A stretch of DNA of 64,000 nt from Chiloscyllium plagiosum (taxonomy: Eukaryota), in contig NC_057752.1 of NCBI RefSeq assembly GCF_004010195.1, positions 541,908 to 605,907 on the forward strand, in the 5' to 3' direction. Below, in pieces: positions 25,294 through 37,260 of this stretch; the first letter of the stretch is position 1, and each line of letters opens with the position of its first letter. Under the pieces are notes generated by a model. The model was not told the DNA's origin, did not search any database, and was given only the letters and a program-made list of their open reading frames with translations. Both the position numbers and the translations under genes were made by a program.

Positions 25294-25824
25294 AATAAAA
25301 ACCTAAAAATCTCATAATTTAAATGGGTAACTAGGGACAAAATAAATCAATTTGATTACTTTACAAAAAATAAAGAGGTTTAGTAGTATTTAGGATATTC
25401 TGTTGGTGTCTTGCATGAAAATAATTGATATCCTTAAATGATTCAAGACACACAACTGAACAAGCGAGACTGTGTCCCTTTCACCCACTTCTCTGCTTCA
25501 GCCCGTCACTTAAGAGCTGTTACCTTTAGATTGTGTACGTTTGTACACAGACGCTCTGCCTTGACAAAAATACTGAGGTCCAGTGTGTGTAACCAATAAC
25601 TCTAGACTGGACTAGTATATTATTGGTGTGTATTTTGTATTAACAATTGATGATGGTGGATATCCAAGTAACAGCACAGTCTCAAGTCTGACAGCTCAGT
25701 TTGTGCCAATTACAACTCACAGTCTGACACTTTATTTATTTTGGTTGATAGATTTAAATGGCAAGGATTTTCCTCTTTCAATATTTCACCAGAACATTTG
25801 TGAATGTACCTTTGGATGTCATTG

Positions 25825-26125
25825 GGTGGCATGGTGGCTCAGTGGTTAGCACTGCTGCCTCACAGCGCCAAGGACCCAGGTTTGATTCCAACCTTGGATG
25901 ACTGTCTGTGTGGAGTTTGCATGTTCTTCCCATGTCTTCATGGGTTTTCTCCCACAGTCCAAAGATGTGCAGGTCAGGTGAATTGGCCATGCTAAATTGC
26001 CCATAGTGTTAGGTCCATTAGTCAGAGGGAAATGGGTCTGGGTGGGTTACTCTTCAGAGGGTTGGTGTGGACTTGTTGGTCCGAAGGGCCTGTTTCTACA
26101 CTGTAGGGGAACCCAATCTAATCTA
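25825..26125 (+). mobile_element. HE1-like SINE
   Basis: GGTGGCTCAGTGGTTAGCACTGCTGCCTCACAGCGCCAAGGACCCAGGTTTGATTCC head, CR1-type tail. Confidence 0.88.
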
Positions 26126-26146
26126 TCGGCTTTGTTTGTACTGCTT

Positions 26147-26335
26147 CATAGAATCCCTACACCGTGGAAGCAGGCCATTCAGCCCATTGAATCCTGCTGA
26201 CCCTCTCCCACCCAGACCCACCCATTTACCCTATAACCCTGCATTCCACATGGCTAATCCACCTAGCCTTCACATTCTTAGATACTATGAGCAATTGAAC
26301 ATGGGCAATTCATTTAACCTTTGGACTGTGGGAGG
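26147..26335 (-). mobile_element. HE1-like SINE, 3' half (split by the Gypsy element)
   Basis: Ends TTGGACTGTGGGAGG; continues at 32595 as AAATGGGAGC..GGAAACCCA. Confidence 0.8.
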
Positions 26336-26970
26336 TGTCACAAAGCTAGTCCCTTTTTTTCTAAAAGATGTTCCTTGTCTCATGGAGACTCTGTCCTTGA
26401 CTTTTTTCAGAGGGGCAATCAACTGGGCTGGGCTCCGATCAGACTGGTTTGGTACAGAGATGAAAAGGATTTTGAGAGGCCATTTGTTTATATATAAATA
26501 GATGAGACTTCAGGCCAAAGTCATCACGTTTTAGAAGTGACCTGTATAAAGAAAGGGGAGTGGTCAGCTCTCTAGCTGAGCTGAGCAGTTTAATTCGATC
26601 TTGAATTGGTTGGAAGTTCAAAAGGGAGCTGTGTGGAAACTCTCTCTCTCTCTTTTCTGCCCTTTAACTTCAACCTATAAGCATGTGTTCCATTTATATT
26701 GGTTTTTTTAAAGGGATGTTATGTATATTCGGAACTGCATAACTAAGTCGAGTTGGATAGGTTGAGTTCTGTAGGGGTTCTTTATTCTGTTCTTTGTGTT
26801 TCATTGTGTAATTTTGTGAATAAATTTTTGTCTGTTTTAAAATCTAGTAGTCAACCTAGCTAGCTTACATTGGGTAATTTCCGCTGTACATTTACCGAAA
26901 CAAATTGCAAAGTTATGATCTGAGCTGCCTGCTTAAGAATGTATTGAGTGGTCTGGCTTAGTCCATAACA
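26336..26970 (+). repeat. 5' LTR (635 bp)
   Basis: TG...CA, direct repeat of 31947-32590; followed by TGAGGGCTC, a degenerate tRNA-Pro-like primer binding site. Confidence 0.93.
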
Positions 26971-27070
26971 GACTGAGGGCTCTTTGTGGAATTGTAAACA
27001 GCGAGTGGTAGGTGCTAGCGTATTTATTTCGGGTGTTGGTTTGGTTGGGTAGACAAAGCTCAGGATAGTA

Positions 27071-28320
27071 ATGGCTCTTTCAGTCGACAGAAGTTTTCTG
27101 GATGTGGATGCGGTGACTTTGGAAGTTTAGCAAAAAGTGAATAAGACCAAGTTGCAAGAATTAGCAGAGAAGCTGGAATTGGAACTGCCTGCTTCTGTGA
27201 GGGAAGGGGAGATAACTACAGCAGTAGCTCATCATTTAAACTTGCTGGAGAAACCATCAGAATCTATAGAGATGGCAAGAATTCAATTGCAAATGAAGCA
27301 GCTTGAGTTAGAGGCAAGAGATAAGAAAGGTCGGCAGAAATGAAACAGTTTGAGTTACGATTAAAAGCAGAAGAGAAAGAAAAAGAGAGAGCTTTTGAAC
27401 TTTAAAAACTGACACTTGAAAAGGAAAGTCAGCTTAAAAGGCTGGAGATAAAGGCTGAAGGTAGGCTTAGTGAGGATGAGCAAGCCCCTGGTAGTCAGAG
27501 GCCTAGTGAGAAACTGTTTAAGTATGTTCAAGCATTGCCTCAGTTCAATGAAAAGGATGTGGAAGCCTTTTTCATCTCATTTGAAAAGGTGGCTAAACAA
27601 ATGCAGTGGCCAGTGGCAATGTCGGTTTTGTTGATCCAAACGAAACTTGGAGGCCGGGCTAGTGAGATATTCGCATCCCTCTCAGAGGAGGTATATGGGG
27701 AGTGTGAGGAGGTGAAAAAAGCCATTTTAAGTGCATATGAGCTTGTGCCAGAAGCCTATAGACAACGTTTCAGCAATCTAAGGAGGGACCCTGGTCAAAC
27801 CTACATTGATTTTGAAAGGTTCAAACAGAGTGATGTTGATAGATGGATAAGAGCTTTAAAAATAGAGCAAACCTATGATGCCCTTAGAGAGGTAATTATT
27901 TTGGAGGCATTCAAAAATTCATTGACTGAAGTAGTGTGAACTCATGTGGAAGAGCAGAGAGTTAAAACAGCAAGGTTAGCAGCTGAAGTGGCTGATGGTT
28001 ATGAGCTGGTCCATAAACCACGGTTTGGCTTCCAGAATCAATTTCAGTCCATGAGGGATAGAAATTGGGGCAAAGAGAAATCCTCACGTGGAAAGGGAAA
28101 GGTAGATCTCAGTGAAAATCATATGGATAACTTACCACAGGATAAGAAAAGAAACCTTGAGGAGGACAAAGAAGTTAAAAAGCTCCAGTGTTTTCATTGT
28201 AATAAAGTGGGCCACACAAAATCACAATGTTGGTGGGCTAAGAGAAAGGCAGATGTCGGAAAACCAGACAAGCCTGGAAGTTTTGTTGGACTAGTAACAA
28301 AAAGCACAAGGGGAACTTAG
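27071..28320 (+). pseudogene. gag remnant (capsid/SCAN-related region and CCHC knuckle)
   Basis: PQFNEKDVEAFFISFEKVA..VKKAILSAYELVPEAYRQRF; CX2CX4HX4C; in-frame stops. Confidence 0.85.
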
Positions 28321-28324
28321 ACAA

Positions 28325-28760
28325 ATGCCTCAGAGTGTACAAGATGTTCAGAGCTTGATCAAGGAGGAAGTGCCAGATTTGCTTAAAAAATACACATGCA
28401 AGGGTAAAATTTATCCACATACGCCAGGAGTAATAGGTAAGGAGGTTACAATATTAAGGGACACAGGATCCTCTCAGTCTGTAATGCTGAAGGATGAGGA
28501 GTTATGCACTCCTGAGGGACTATTGCCAGAAAAGGTACTGGTAACAGGAATTCATGGTGAGACAAAAAGTGCTTAGTTATGTAAAGTGAGGCTAGAGAGT
28601 CCAGAGAAGAGTGGAGAATTTGTGGAAGGAGTACTGGACAAACTCTCAGCTCCAGGGATACAATTTGTCCTTGCAAATGATATAGCTGATTCACCAGTAA
28701 ACGTGCTGCCTAATCTAGTTGAAAAGCCAGTGGAGACGTAGGTAACTGAAAACATGGAGA
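28325..28760 (+). pseudogene. Aspartic protease remnant
   Basis: VTILRDTGSSQSV active-site motif and FVLANDI; internal stop. Confidence 0.8.
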
Positions 28761-29130
28761 ATGTTTATCCAGGAATTTTCCCTGATTGTGTGATCACAAG
28801 ATCACAGAGGCACAAGCTGAAGCAGGAGGGACCAAAAGGCACAGATAAGGAAGCTGACATAATGTTATCTGAAACTTTCTTTGATCAGATAAGTGGAACA
28901 GAGAAGGAACAAATAGGTAAACATGCAAGCTTCTTGAGCTCTACTAAGCTGATTGAATTACAGCAGAAAATGAGGATTTAAAACAGTTATATCAAAAGGC
29001 ACTTACTGAGATTGAAAGTGAATGCATTCCTGTGTGTTATTACTTTGCAAATGATGTCTTTATTACACATTCAAGGAGACCATCACACATTCAAGCAGAT
29101 GAGTAATGGGCAGAGATTCATCAAATTGCT

Positions 29131-30190
29131 TTGCCAGTAGGGTATAGAAAGGAGATGGTGCGAGTGATGCATGAGCTACCACTTGGAGGTCATTTAGGGG
29201 TGAGGAAAACACAGGCTAAAATACAAAAACATTTTTACTGGCCTGGAATACACAAAGATGTAGTTGAATTTTGCCAGATGTGTCATACATGTCAGCTAAT
29301 CGGAAAACCACAGGCAGTAATGAAACCTGCATCTTTAATACCTATTCCAGCATTTGAGGAACCTTTCACAAGAGTCTTGATTGATTGCGTAGGTCCCCTA
29401 CCTCAAACAAAAAGTGGGAATAAGTATTTATTAACAATAATGGATGTGTCAACTAGATCTCCAGAGGCAATCCCATTATACAACATCACAGCTAAAAGGG
29501 TTGTAGAAGAACTACTTAAATCCTTTACTAGATATGGACTACCAATAGAGATCCAGTCAGATCAAGGATCAAACTTCACATCCAAACTATTCAAGGAGGT
29601 TGTGGATAACTTGGGAACAAAGCAATTCAAATCTACTGCGTACCATCGAGAATCGCAGGGAATGCTAGAGAGATGGCATCAAACACTAAAGACCATGTTA
29701 AAGGCTCATGGTCAGGATTATCCAGATGATTGGGATAAGGGAGTTCCGTTTGTACTTTTTGCGATCAGAGATGCTCCAAATGAATCAACCAAATTCAGTC
29801 TGTTTGAATTAATTTTTGAGCATAAAGTAAGAGGATGGTTAAAATTGGTTAGGGAGAAATTAATAAGTCAGAATTCAGAGACCACCCATTTGGACTATGT
29901 GTCAAATTTTAGAGAACGATTAAATAGAGCTGGAGAGTTGGTTAGACAGTATTTAAAAGTATCACAGCATACAATGAAAAAGAAGCAGATAAGAAATCAC
30001 AAATTCGCAATTTTGCAATTAGGGATAAGGTATTGGTGTTACTTCCAGTAACAGGTGAGCCTTTAAAAGCAAGGTTTAGTGGACCGTATCAAATTGAGAA
30101 GAAATTGAGTGAAAGTGAACTACTTGATAAGGACTCCAGACAGGAAGAAATCTCACAGTGTGTCATGTGAATGTCCTCAAAAGGTATTCT
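29131..30190 (+). pseudogene. Integrase remnant
   Basis: HELPLGGHLG..CQMCHTC (HHCC), IDCVGPLP, IQSDQGSNF, LERWHQTLK, GPY motif near 30080. Confidence 0.92.
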
Positions 30191-30427
30191 GATAGGGAAG
30201 GAAAGCAAGAGGAGAAGGTGTTCATGATTACAGCACAGAAGGAAGAGCCAAGTTCAGAGGATTCTGAATTGGACATTCCTCAAATCAAATTGGACAATGA
30301 GGAAATTGTCAAAAATTGGGATAAATTATTGAGTTACCTTCCACAAAAAAATTGAAATGACCTGAAAGAGTTATTACTATCACATGGAGAGATATGCAGA
30401 AATAAACTGGGAAGTACTAACCTAATT

Positions 30428-31770
30428 GTGCATGATGTAGATGTAGGAGATGCTGTTCTGATTAAACAACATCCTTATAGGCATAACCCTCTAAAGTTGG
30501 CACAGGTTCAGAAGGAGATAGAGCACATGCTCCAAGATGGCATAATCGAAGTGAGTTACAGTGACTGGAGCTCACCCAAAGTCATGGTGCCAAAGCCAGA
30601 TGGTACCCAATGGTTATCTGTGGACTATCGCAAGGTCAACACCGTTACAAAGACTGATGCATATCCAATTCCACGGTTGGAGGACAGTGTTGAAAAAGTG
30701 GGACAAGCAACTTACATTTCTAAGTTGGACTTGCTCAAAGGCTACTGGCATGTACCTCTGTCAGAGAGCAAAGGCAATTTCGGCTTTCATAACACCAACT
30801 GGACTATATCCGTTCAAGGTCATGCCATGTGGTGTGAAAAACGCTCCAGCCACATTTCAGAGACTGACTAATAAGGTCATTGCCGGTTACCCAAGTGTGT
30901 GGAATATATTGATGACCTGGTGATTTTTAGTAGTCATGGAAGGAACATTTACAGCATTTATCGGACTTGGTTCAATTGACTTTGGAAGGCAGGCTTGGTA
31001 GTAAACCTAGCTAAAAATGAATTTGCCAAAAACCCAAGTCACATTCCTGGGCCATGTTATTGGACATGGACAAATGGCCCCACAGGATGTGAAAATGAAA
31101 GTAATTGGGGAATTTCCCACACCATTAACGAAAATTGCTGTACTACAGTTCCTGGGTCTGAGTGGATTTTACTGAAGGTTTATGCCGAACCTTAACAGTG
31201 TGGCTGGTCCACTCACTGAATTGTTAAAAAAGGGCAAGACGTTTCATTGGACAGTGGACTGTCAAATGGCATTTGACAGCCTAACCGAACACCACACTCT
31301 TGACTGTAATCTCCAGCATCTGCAGTACTCACTTTCCTCTAAAATCTGTGTTAACCACTGCCCCGATATTAGCCACACCAGATTACAAGGTGGCTTTCAA
31401 GGTGGTTATCGATGCCAGTGATGAGGGTGTCAGTGCGGTGCTCCTGCAGGAGGATGACAAAGGAATAGAAAGACCCGTCGGGTATTTTTCCAGGAAGTTG
31501 AACGTTCATCAACAGAAATATTCAATGGTGGAGAAAGAGACTTTAAGCTTGGTGTTAGCATTACAACATTTCAGTGTTTATATTACCAGCAACGCATTGA
31601 GACAATTGTACACACAGAACACAACCCATTGACATTTGTGGAAAAATTTAAGGACAAAAATGCCAGACTTTTTAGATGGAGCTTGTTGTTGCAGCTATTC
31701 AATTTGACAACTGTGTATGTTGCAGGTCGCAAAAACGGGATTGCTGATGCATTATCGAGACACGAATGAG
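30428..31770 (+). pseudogene. Reverse transcriptase and RNase H remnant
   Basis: WSSPKVMVPKPDG..VDYRKVN, KLDLLKGYWHVP, MPCGVKNAPATFQR, YIDD near 30905, IDASDEGVSAVLLQ, EKETLSLVLAL, ADALSR; frameshifts. Confidence 0.92.
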
Positions 31771-31946
31771 ATATGGAGGCATTTGGTGGTGGCTGTACCA
31801 TGGCCTGAATTTGTATGTATTTGTACGTTTGCATGTTTACAGTTAGTATAGAGTATATATGTGTTTAGACTCCTAACCAGTTCTGGAAGGGTTAAAAATG
31901 AAGCCATCTTTTGGTATTGATGGTTCTATTTTTTAAGGGTGGATGG

Positions 31947-32590
31947 TGTCACAAAGCTAGTCCCTTTTTTTTTCTCAGAATTGTTCCTTGGTTCAAGGAG
32001 ACTCAGTCCTTGATATTTTCAGAGGGGTAATAAACCGGGCCAGGCTCCAATCAGTTTGATTTGGTCCAGAGATGAAAAGGATTTTGAAAGGCCTTTTGTT
32101 TATATGTAAACAGATGAGACTTCAGGCTAAAGTGGTCATGTTTTAGAAGTGACCTGTATAAACAAAGGAGAGTGGTCAGGTATCTAGCTGAGCTGAGCAG
32201 TTTAATTCAGTCTTGAATTTGTTGGACGTTCAACAGGGAGCTGTGTGGAAACTCTCTCTTTTCTGCCCTTCAACTTCAACCTGTAAGCATGTGTTCCATT
32301 TATACTGGTTTTTAAAGGCATTTTGTTTCTTGGGATTGTTGTGTATATTCGGAACAGCATAATTAAGTCCAGTTGGATAGGTTGAGTTCTGTAGGAGTTC
32401 TTTATTCTGTTCTTTGTGTTTCATTGTGTAATTCTGTGAATACATTTTTGTCTGTTTTAAAATCTATTAGTCAACCTAGATAACTTAATCTGGGTAATTT
32501 TAGCTGTACACTTACCGAAACAAATTGCAACATTATAGTCTGAGCTGCCTGCTTAAGAATGTTTTGAGTGGTCTGGCTTAGTCCATAACA
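31947..32590 (+). repeat. 3' LTR (644 bp)
   Basis: Preceded by purine tract AAGGGTGGATGG; direct repeat of 26336-26970. Confidence 0.93.
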
Positions 32591-32594
32591 GAGG

Positions 32595-32735
32595 AAATGG
32601 GAGCTCCCAAAGGAAACCCATGAAGACACAGGGAGAATGTGCAAATTCCACACAGACAATCACCTGAGGCTGGAATCGAAACTGGGTCCCTGGCGCTGTG
32701 AGGCAACAGTACTAACCATTGAGCCAGCATGCCAC
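32595..32735 (-). mobile_element. HE1-like SINE, 5' half
   Basis: tRNA-like head on the minus strand; joins 26147-26335 across the GAGG TSD. Confidence 0.8.
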
Positions 32736-32784
32736 CAAAGGTATTTTTGTTATTTTCATATTTTTTCAGTGTCATCCTTCAACG

Positions 32785-33245
32785 TTGGCTGTGCCTCAGA
32801 AGGTGGCACTCTTATCGCAGAGCCAGAAGATCATGCGTTCAAATACTACTCCCTAGATTTGAGCACAAAAGTTAAAGCTATTAGTAGTACTGAGGGACTA
32901 CTGTACTGTTGGAGGCATTGCCTTTGAATAAGGTGTTAAACCTCATCTGCCCTCTCAAATAAATGTCATGATCCCGAAGCAGGATTTCAAAGAAGGGCAG
33001 GAGAGTTAATCTTGGTGTCCCTGGAGCAATATTTATCCCTCATCTCTCAACCAATATCGCAAAAACAGGTTGTCTGGTCATTATCACATTACCATTTGTG
33101 ACATCTTACTGTGTGCAAGTTAGCTGCTACATTTCCTACATCATAACAGTGAATACATGTCAAAAGCACTAAACTGTAAAGTGCTTTGGAATGTCCTGTG
33201 TGATTTTGAAGGGTGCGATATATATAACGTATAACGACAAGTTTT
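32785..33245 (+). mobile_element. DeuSINE-like element (near full length)
   Basis: Deu core GAAGGGCAGGAGAGTT..GGTGTCCCTGG..AATATTTATCCCTCA..TCTGGTCATTATCACATT and L2-type tail; further copies near 11200, 11460, 24085, 41870, 43570, 45140, 55500, 56315 and 63760. Confidence 0.7.
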
Positions 33246-33779
33246 CTTGAATGTTCTCATGTCATCTTCAAGTATGAATTTGTCGTATTGTTTGCACTCT
33301 TCCCTCCAAATTAGAAGGTCATGGAGGCAAGCCCCAGCTCCAGGACTTGAGAATATAATCGAGACTGACATAATCCTATGTGATTATGTTTCTGCAAAAC
33401 AGGATGGAACATTTTACTAGATATAAAATGCTATGTAAATGTACCCTTCTGTTGGCATTTCAGTGCAGTACTGCGGGAGTGCTACATCATTGGAGGGTTG
33501 TCTTTCAGATGAGGCTTTAAACTGAGGTGCATGGTTTGAAGAAGGGCAGGGATAGTTCTTCCTGGTGTCCTAGCTAACATTTGTCCCTCATCCAACACCA
33601 CCATGACTGCACAATTGACTGTGATATTGTCTACTTGCTGCAGATTTACACTTAATAACATTTAATGTTATCTGTGGTTCCAGCCTAGTTGAAATATGCC
33701 ACGTGCCAAGGGGTGGGGAGTATGGGGATTCTGCTCATGTTTAATGGTAATGACCTCTTATGCACCACCAGTTTCATTT

Positions 33780-34660
33780 GCTCCAACAATGTTGGCCATG
33801 CGTTTAGCCATGTAGCCTCAAGAAAACTTAAATCTTTTACCAACCTGTTCCAGGACAAGTTCTGGTCCGTCCCAACATTAAGATCAATGGAGAAATTCTC
33901 CCTAAAGTGGACCATTCCCTGGGTAGCTGCTCCCATCTAAGACTGACATCAATGCAATGATTCATTATTGCAACCTATCTGCAAGCGCTGCCTTTGGACG
34001 CCTAAGGATAGGAGTCTTTCATGACCATGACATCCATGTGTATATGGCAATCACCCTTTGAACTCTTCTGTATGGATCCAAAACCTGGACAACATATAGA
34101 TGCCACTTCAAAGCCCTTGAGAGGTACAATCAATGCTGTTTGAGACAGATTCTCTGAATCAATTGGGAGGACAGGCATACTAACATGAGCCACTGAAGCA
34201 ACCAGTAACACAAGCATCAAGGCCATGATCATCCAAAGCCAATTTCACTGGGGCAGCCACATGTTTAAGATGCCTGAGTTCTGATTGCCAATGAAAATGT
34301 TTGGCCAGATCAAGGAAGACACTTGAATGAGGGGAAGACAAAGGAAATGTTTCAAAGATTCCCTTAAGGATTCCCTCAAGAAATGTAATATAGGCATCAA
34401 TGTATGGGAGACCTCCTTCAGAAGAAACTGACTTGCAAAAAGCACCTCTATGAAGGGCAACAATTCTTTAAGAACACCCACCAGAAAGAGGAAGTATGGA
34501 AAATGAATTGGAGAAAGGAATGCGAGTGATGTCAAGGCCAAGGACCAATTCCACCTCCCAGAAACACCTGAGAAATGTGTGGTCAGAGATATGGCTGAAG
34601 GACTGGGTTCATCAGCCACACAAGGATGCACAGAACCCATGACTGATGATACGGAATTTC
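33780..34660 (+). mobile_element. RTE-clade LINE 3' fragment, decayed
   Basis: GCAAGCGCTGCCTTTGGACGCCTAAGG (ASAAFGRLR), RQILxINWEDRHTN, GRQRKCFKDSLK motifs. Confidence 0.75.
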
Positions 34661-36059
34661 CTCAGTGGACTAGTGAGTTATTGATGACAACAGCGAGCCA
34701 TATAGGCATGAAGCTCTGGAATTCCCCCCTCAGCCTCTCAACTCTACTTTCCTTCTTTAAGAAGCTCCTTAAAACCTAACTCTTTGATCAGGTTTTGGGA
34801 GCCACCTGCCCTAATATCTTTCCACGTGTCAATTTTCATCAATGTGAAGTCCCTTGGGATGTTTTACTAAATTAAAGATGCTATATAAAATGCAAGTTGT
34901 TGTTTTTGACTCCTCTGTTCAGCAAAGGGAGAAGAATCTGTCCTAGATACCCCAAATGAGATGAAGAACACAGTACCAGCAGAACCAATGAGCTCAGATC
35001 CATATGAACAATCAATCAGTCAGTGAAACAGCCCGAAAGGACCCGAAATCCACTAATATCATTCTGAAATTGGTAAACGTATATTCCAGGACTATTTTGG
35101 GGAAAAGAAAAAGCTTCTGTTTCAAGTGGAATTTATTAGCATGGTTTTATGGAAAAATGCCTGGCATTGGAAAAAGACCACTTATGACACAATGGCTACC
35201 AAGTTAAGAGGATTATACTTGAAAATCAGGATTTACATCACTACATCGTGCTTGGTTACTAATAGTACTTGCTTTGAGTCAAAGACTGTGACTCCAAGTG
35301 TATAATCCAGGTTGAAGGGGCTCTTGTGATGCAGTGGTATTGTCTCTATCTCTAGGTCAAAGGGTCCAGATTTAAGACCCACCTGCCCAAGAGATGTGTT
35401 ATAACATGTCTGAAGTGGTTGATTTAAAATGATCTAAAACTGGTGCTACAGTTCTGAGTAAGTACTGCAGTATCAGATGAGACATTAACTAAAAGCTCCA
35501 TGTCCCCTCACGGATGGATCTTATTGAACTATTTAAAACAGAGGCCAGTTTTATTTGTTATTTTATATATTTATCCCTTATCTAAAATTACTTATTATTT
35601 CATTGCCGTTTTGTGACGGAAATACTGCATTCCAATTAGCTCCTGCATTTTGGTATATTTTAGATTTCAGAACAGATATTGCATTTCATTGTACAGTATG
35701 TGAAGTTTTCTTTAAAAGTTTTTTCCTCCACCAGAGCATGGTTTAAATAAAAATGGTTGTCCTTTAGAACAACTGTCCTCCAGAAACTGAGAATGACAAC
35801 AATTATAACTAATTTCCACCTATCAGCTCAGAAGGATGTAAAAATAGCGGCAACTGGCCAGCCAGTGAGCAAAAGAGAGACCTGCCATGAATTGGATTCT
35901 ACCAATAAGCAAAAGCAGAAAGGAGTGGATTCCTGCCGTCAATCATGGCAGGCGGAAGGACAATGCTCTGGGAATGACCTCATGTGACTGACAAACTTTA
36001 GTTAGTTTTAGCAGGAGTTTTTAAAGGTTTAGTTAGCTTTTTAAAATAATTTTTTAGAT

Positions 36060-37260
36060 ATTTATTGATCGTAGGCGATCGTTAAAATCAGTTTGTAGTA
36101 CCAGGCGATTCTAAGACTTGGAAAGATTATGATTTTTATTGAATGATTATTCTTTCGGAAATCTTGGAATACTTTACTAGAAGTTTGCTGCACGTTGTAA
36201 GTATATCGATGGACTTTTGTAATGTAATTGCCCAATGAGACGATTTGAAAAGGCGAACGGGACCAGTTTGTGACCGCCGGAGTGATTTCTAAATGGCTAC
36301 CTCGCGAGCTTGCGCCCGCCAAAGCGAAAGGAAATCAGTTAGTGTTAATTAAAATAGACAGTTAGGGGGAAATGCGTGATTTCCACCATAAATTGTAATT
36401 TTTGTCGAGTGTATATATTATTTTTTTAGAAGAGTCCTCTCCCTTTGCAGCAGTTAAGGGTCTGCTGGAAGGGCGACAAAAGGATTGCTTAATGCCGCCA
36501 CGTGCGAGAGATCTAACGTCGGTTTATCTAATTTGCTGTCAAATAAACAGAGAATTTAATCAAACGTTTTAAATTTTCAGCGTAATATCTCATGTCTCGT
36601 TTTATTCTGACACGAGGGAGAGAGAGAGAAGTCTCCCTATTCCTTCCCTCCCCATTAAGGTGATTCACCTTTTCACAGTCTATAACAAATATTATTATCT
36701 CAACGCCGAATCGTTCAATCAAAAACGATTTGAGAATTAATTAAAGCCTTCTCCAAGGAAGCCCTGCCCGCAGCGGCTCGGTGTTTTGCTGGGGAGGATT
36801 GTGCATTAGCTCTGGCTAAGATGGCAGCAATGCGTGTGCTTAGGGTTGGATTTTGTTTAAAACACGAATCGTTTTTCGGATCTGGCACAGCCATCAAAAC
36901 TAGCTTTCTTTTTAGGGTTGTGGTTATTAAGATCTTAAACAAGAACTTTTTTATGTAACACAGATAAAGTGGTCACTGCTCACTTAACGTTTCCGTAGTG
37001 CTACTATATTGCAAAATGAGTCTGAAGGGAAGGGCGCACTGAATTTAGAGGCTGAGGTCGGACTTCATTCAAAGAAGCTCTTGAGCAAATGAGAGGAGGG
37101 GTGTGGCGTTGTAGCAAGAACAATCGCCAAAAGTGGGGAGAACAACGTTTAGGTATAGACGGGTAATATATGCGAGCTAGCTATATCCATGTCCCACGAA
37201 TTAACCAAAAAAAATTAGTGGAGGTTTAACCTGACTGCTGCTCCATGTGCGCTCGACCTT
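36060..37260 (+). promoter_or_regulatory. CpG-enriched candidate CDK4 promoter
   Basis: Non-repetitive CpG-rich stretch upstream of CDK4; CTCGCGAG 36301, E2F-like CCCGCCAAA 36315, E-box CACGTG 36499, CHR-like TTTGAA 36244, YY1-like AAGATGGCAGC 36818. Confidence 0.65.

Larger units (their letters stand above)
26336..32590 (+). mobile_element. Full-length decayed Ty3/Gypsy LTR retrotransposon, Gmr1-like (gag-PR-INT-RT-RH)
   Basis: Two LTRs TGTCACAAAGC...CCATAACA, 4-bp TSD GAGG, zinc knuckle CFHCNKVGHTKSQC, protease LRDTGSSQS, integrase upstream of RT and RNase H, many stops and frameshifts. Confidence 0.95.

Noticed and set aside
25825..25900. tRNA gene
   Set aside because: The A/B boxes are the head of an HE1-like SINE, followed by SINE body and tail.
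29131..30051. 306-aa integrase ORF as a domesticated gene
   Set aside because: It lies inside an LTR-bounded element with stops and frameshifts on both sides and has substitutions in conserved motifs.
34923..35987. Two exon-like segments with acceptors (34923, 35769)
   Set aside because: The first has stops in all three frames and the second has no recognisable homology; cannot be supported without RNA data.
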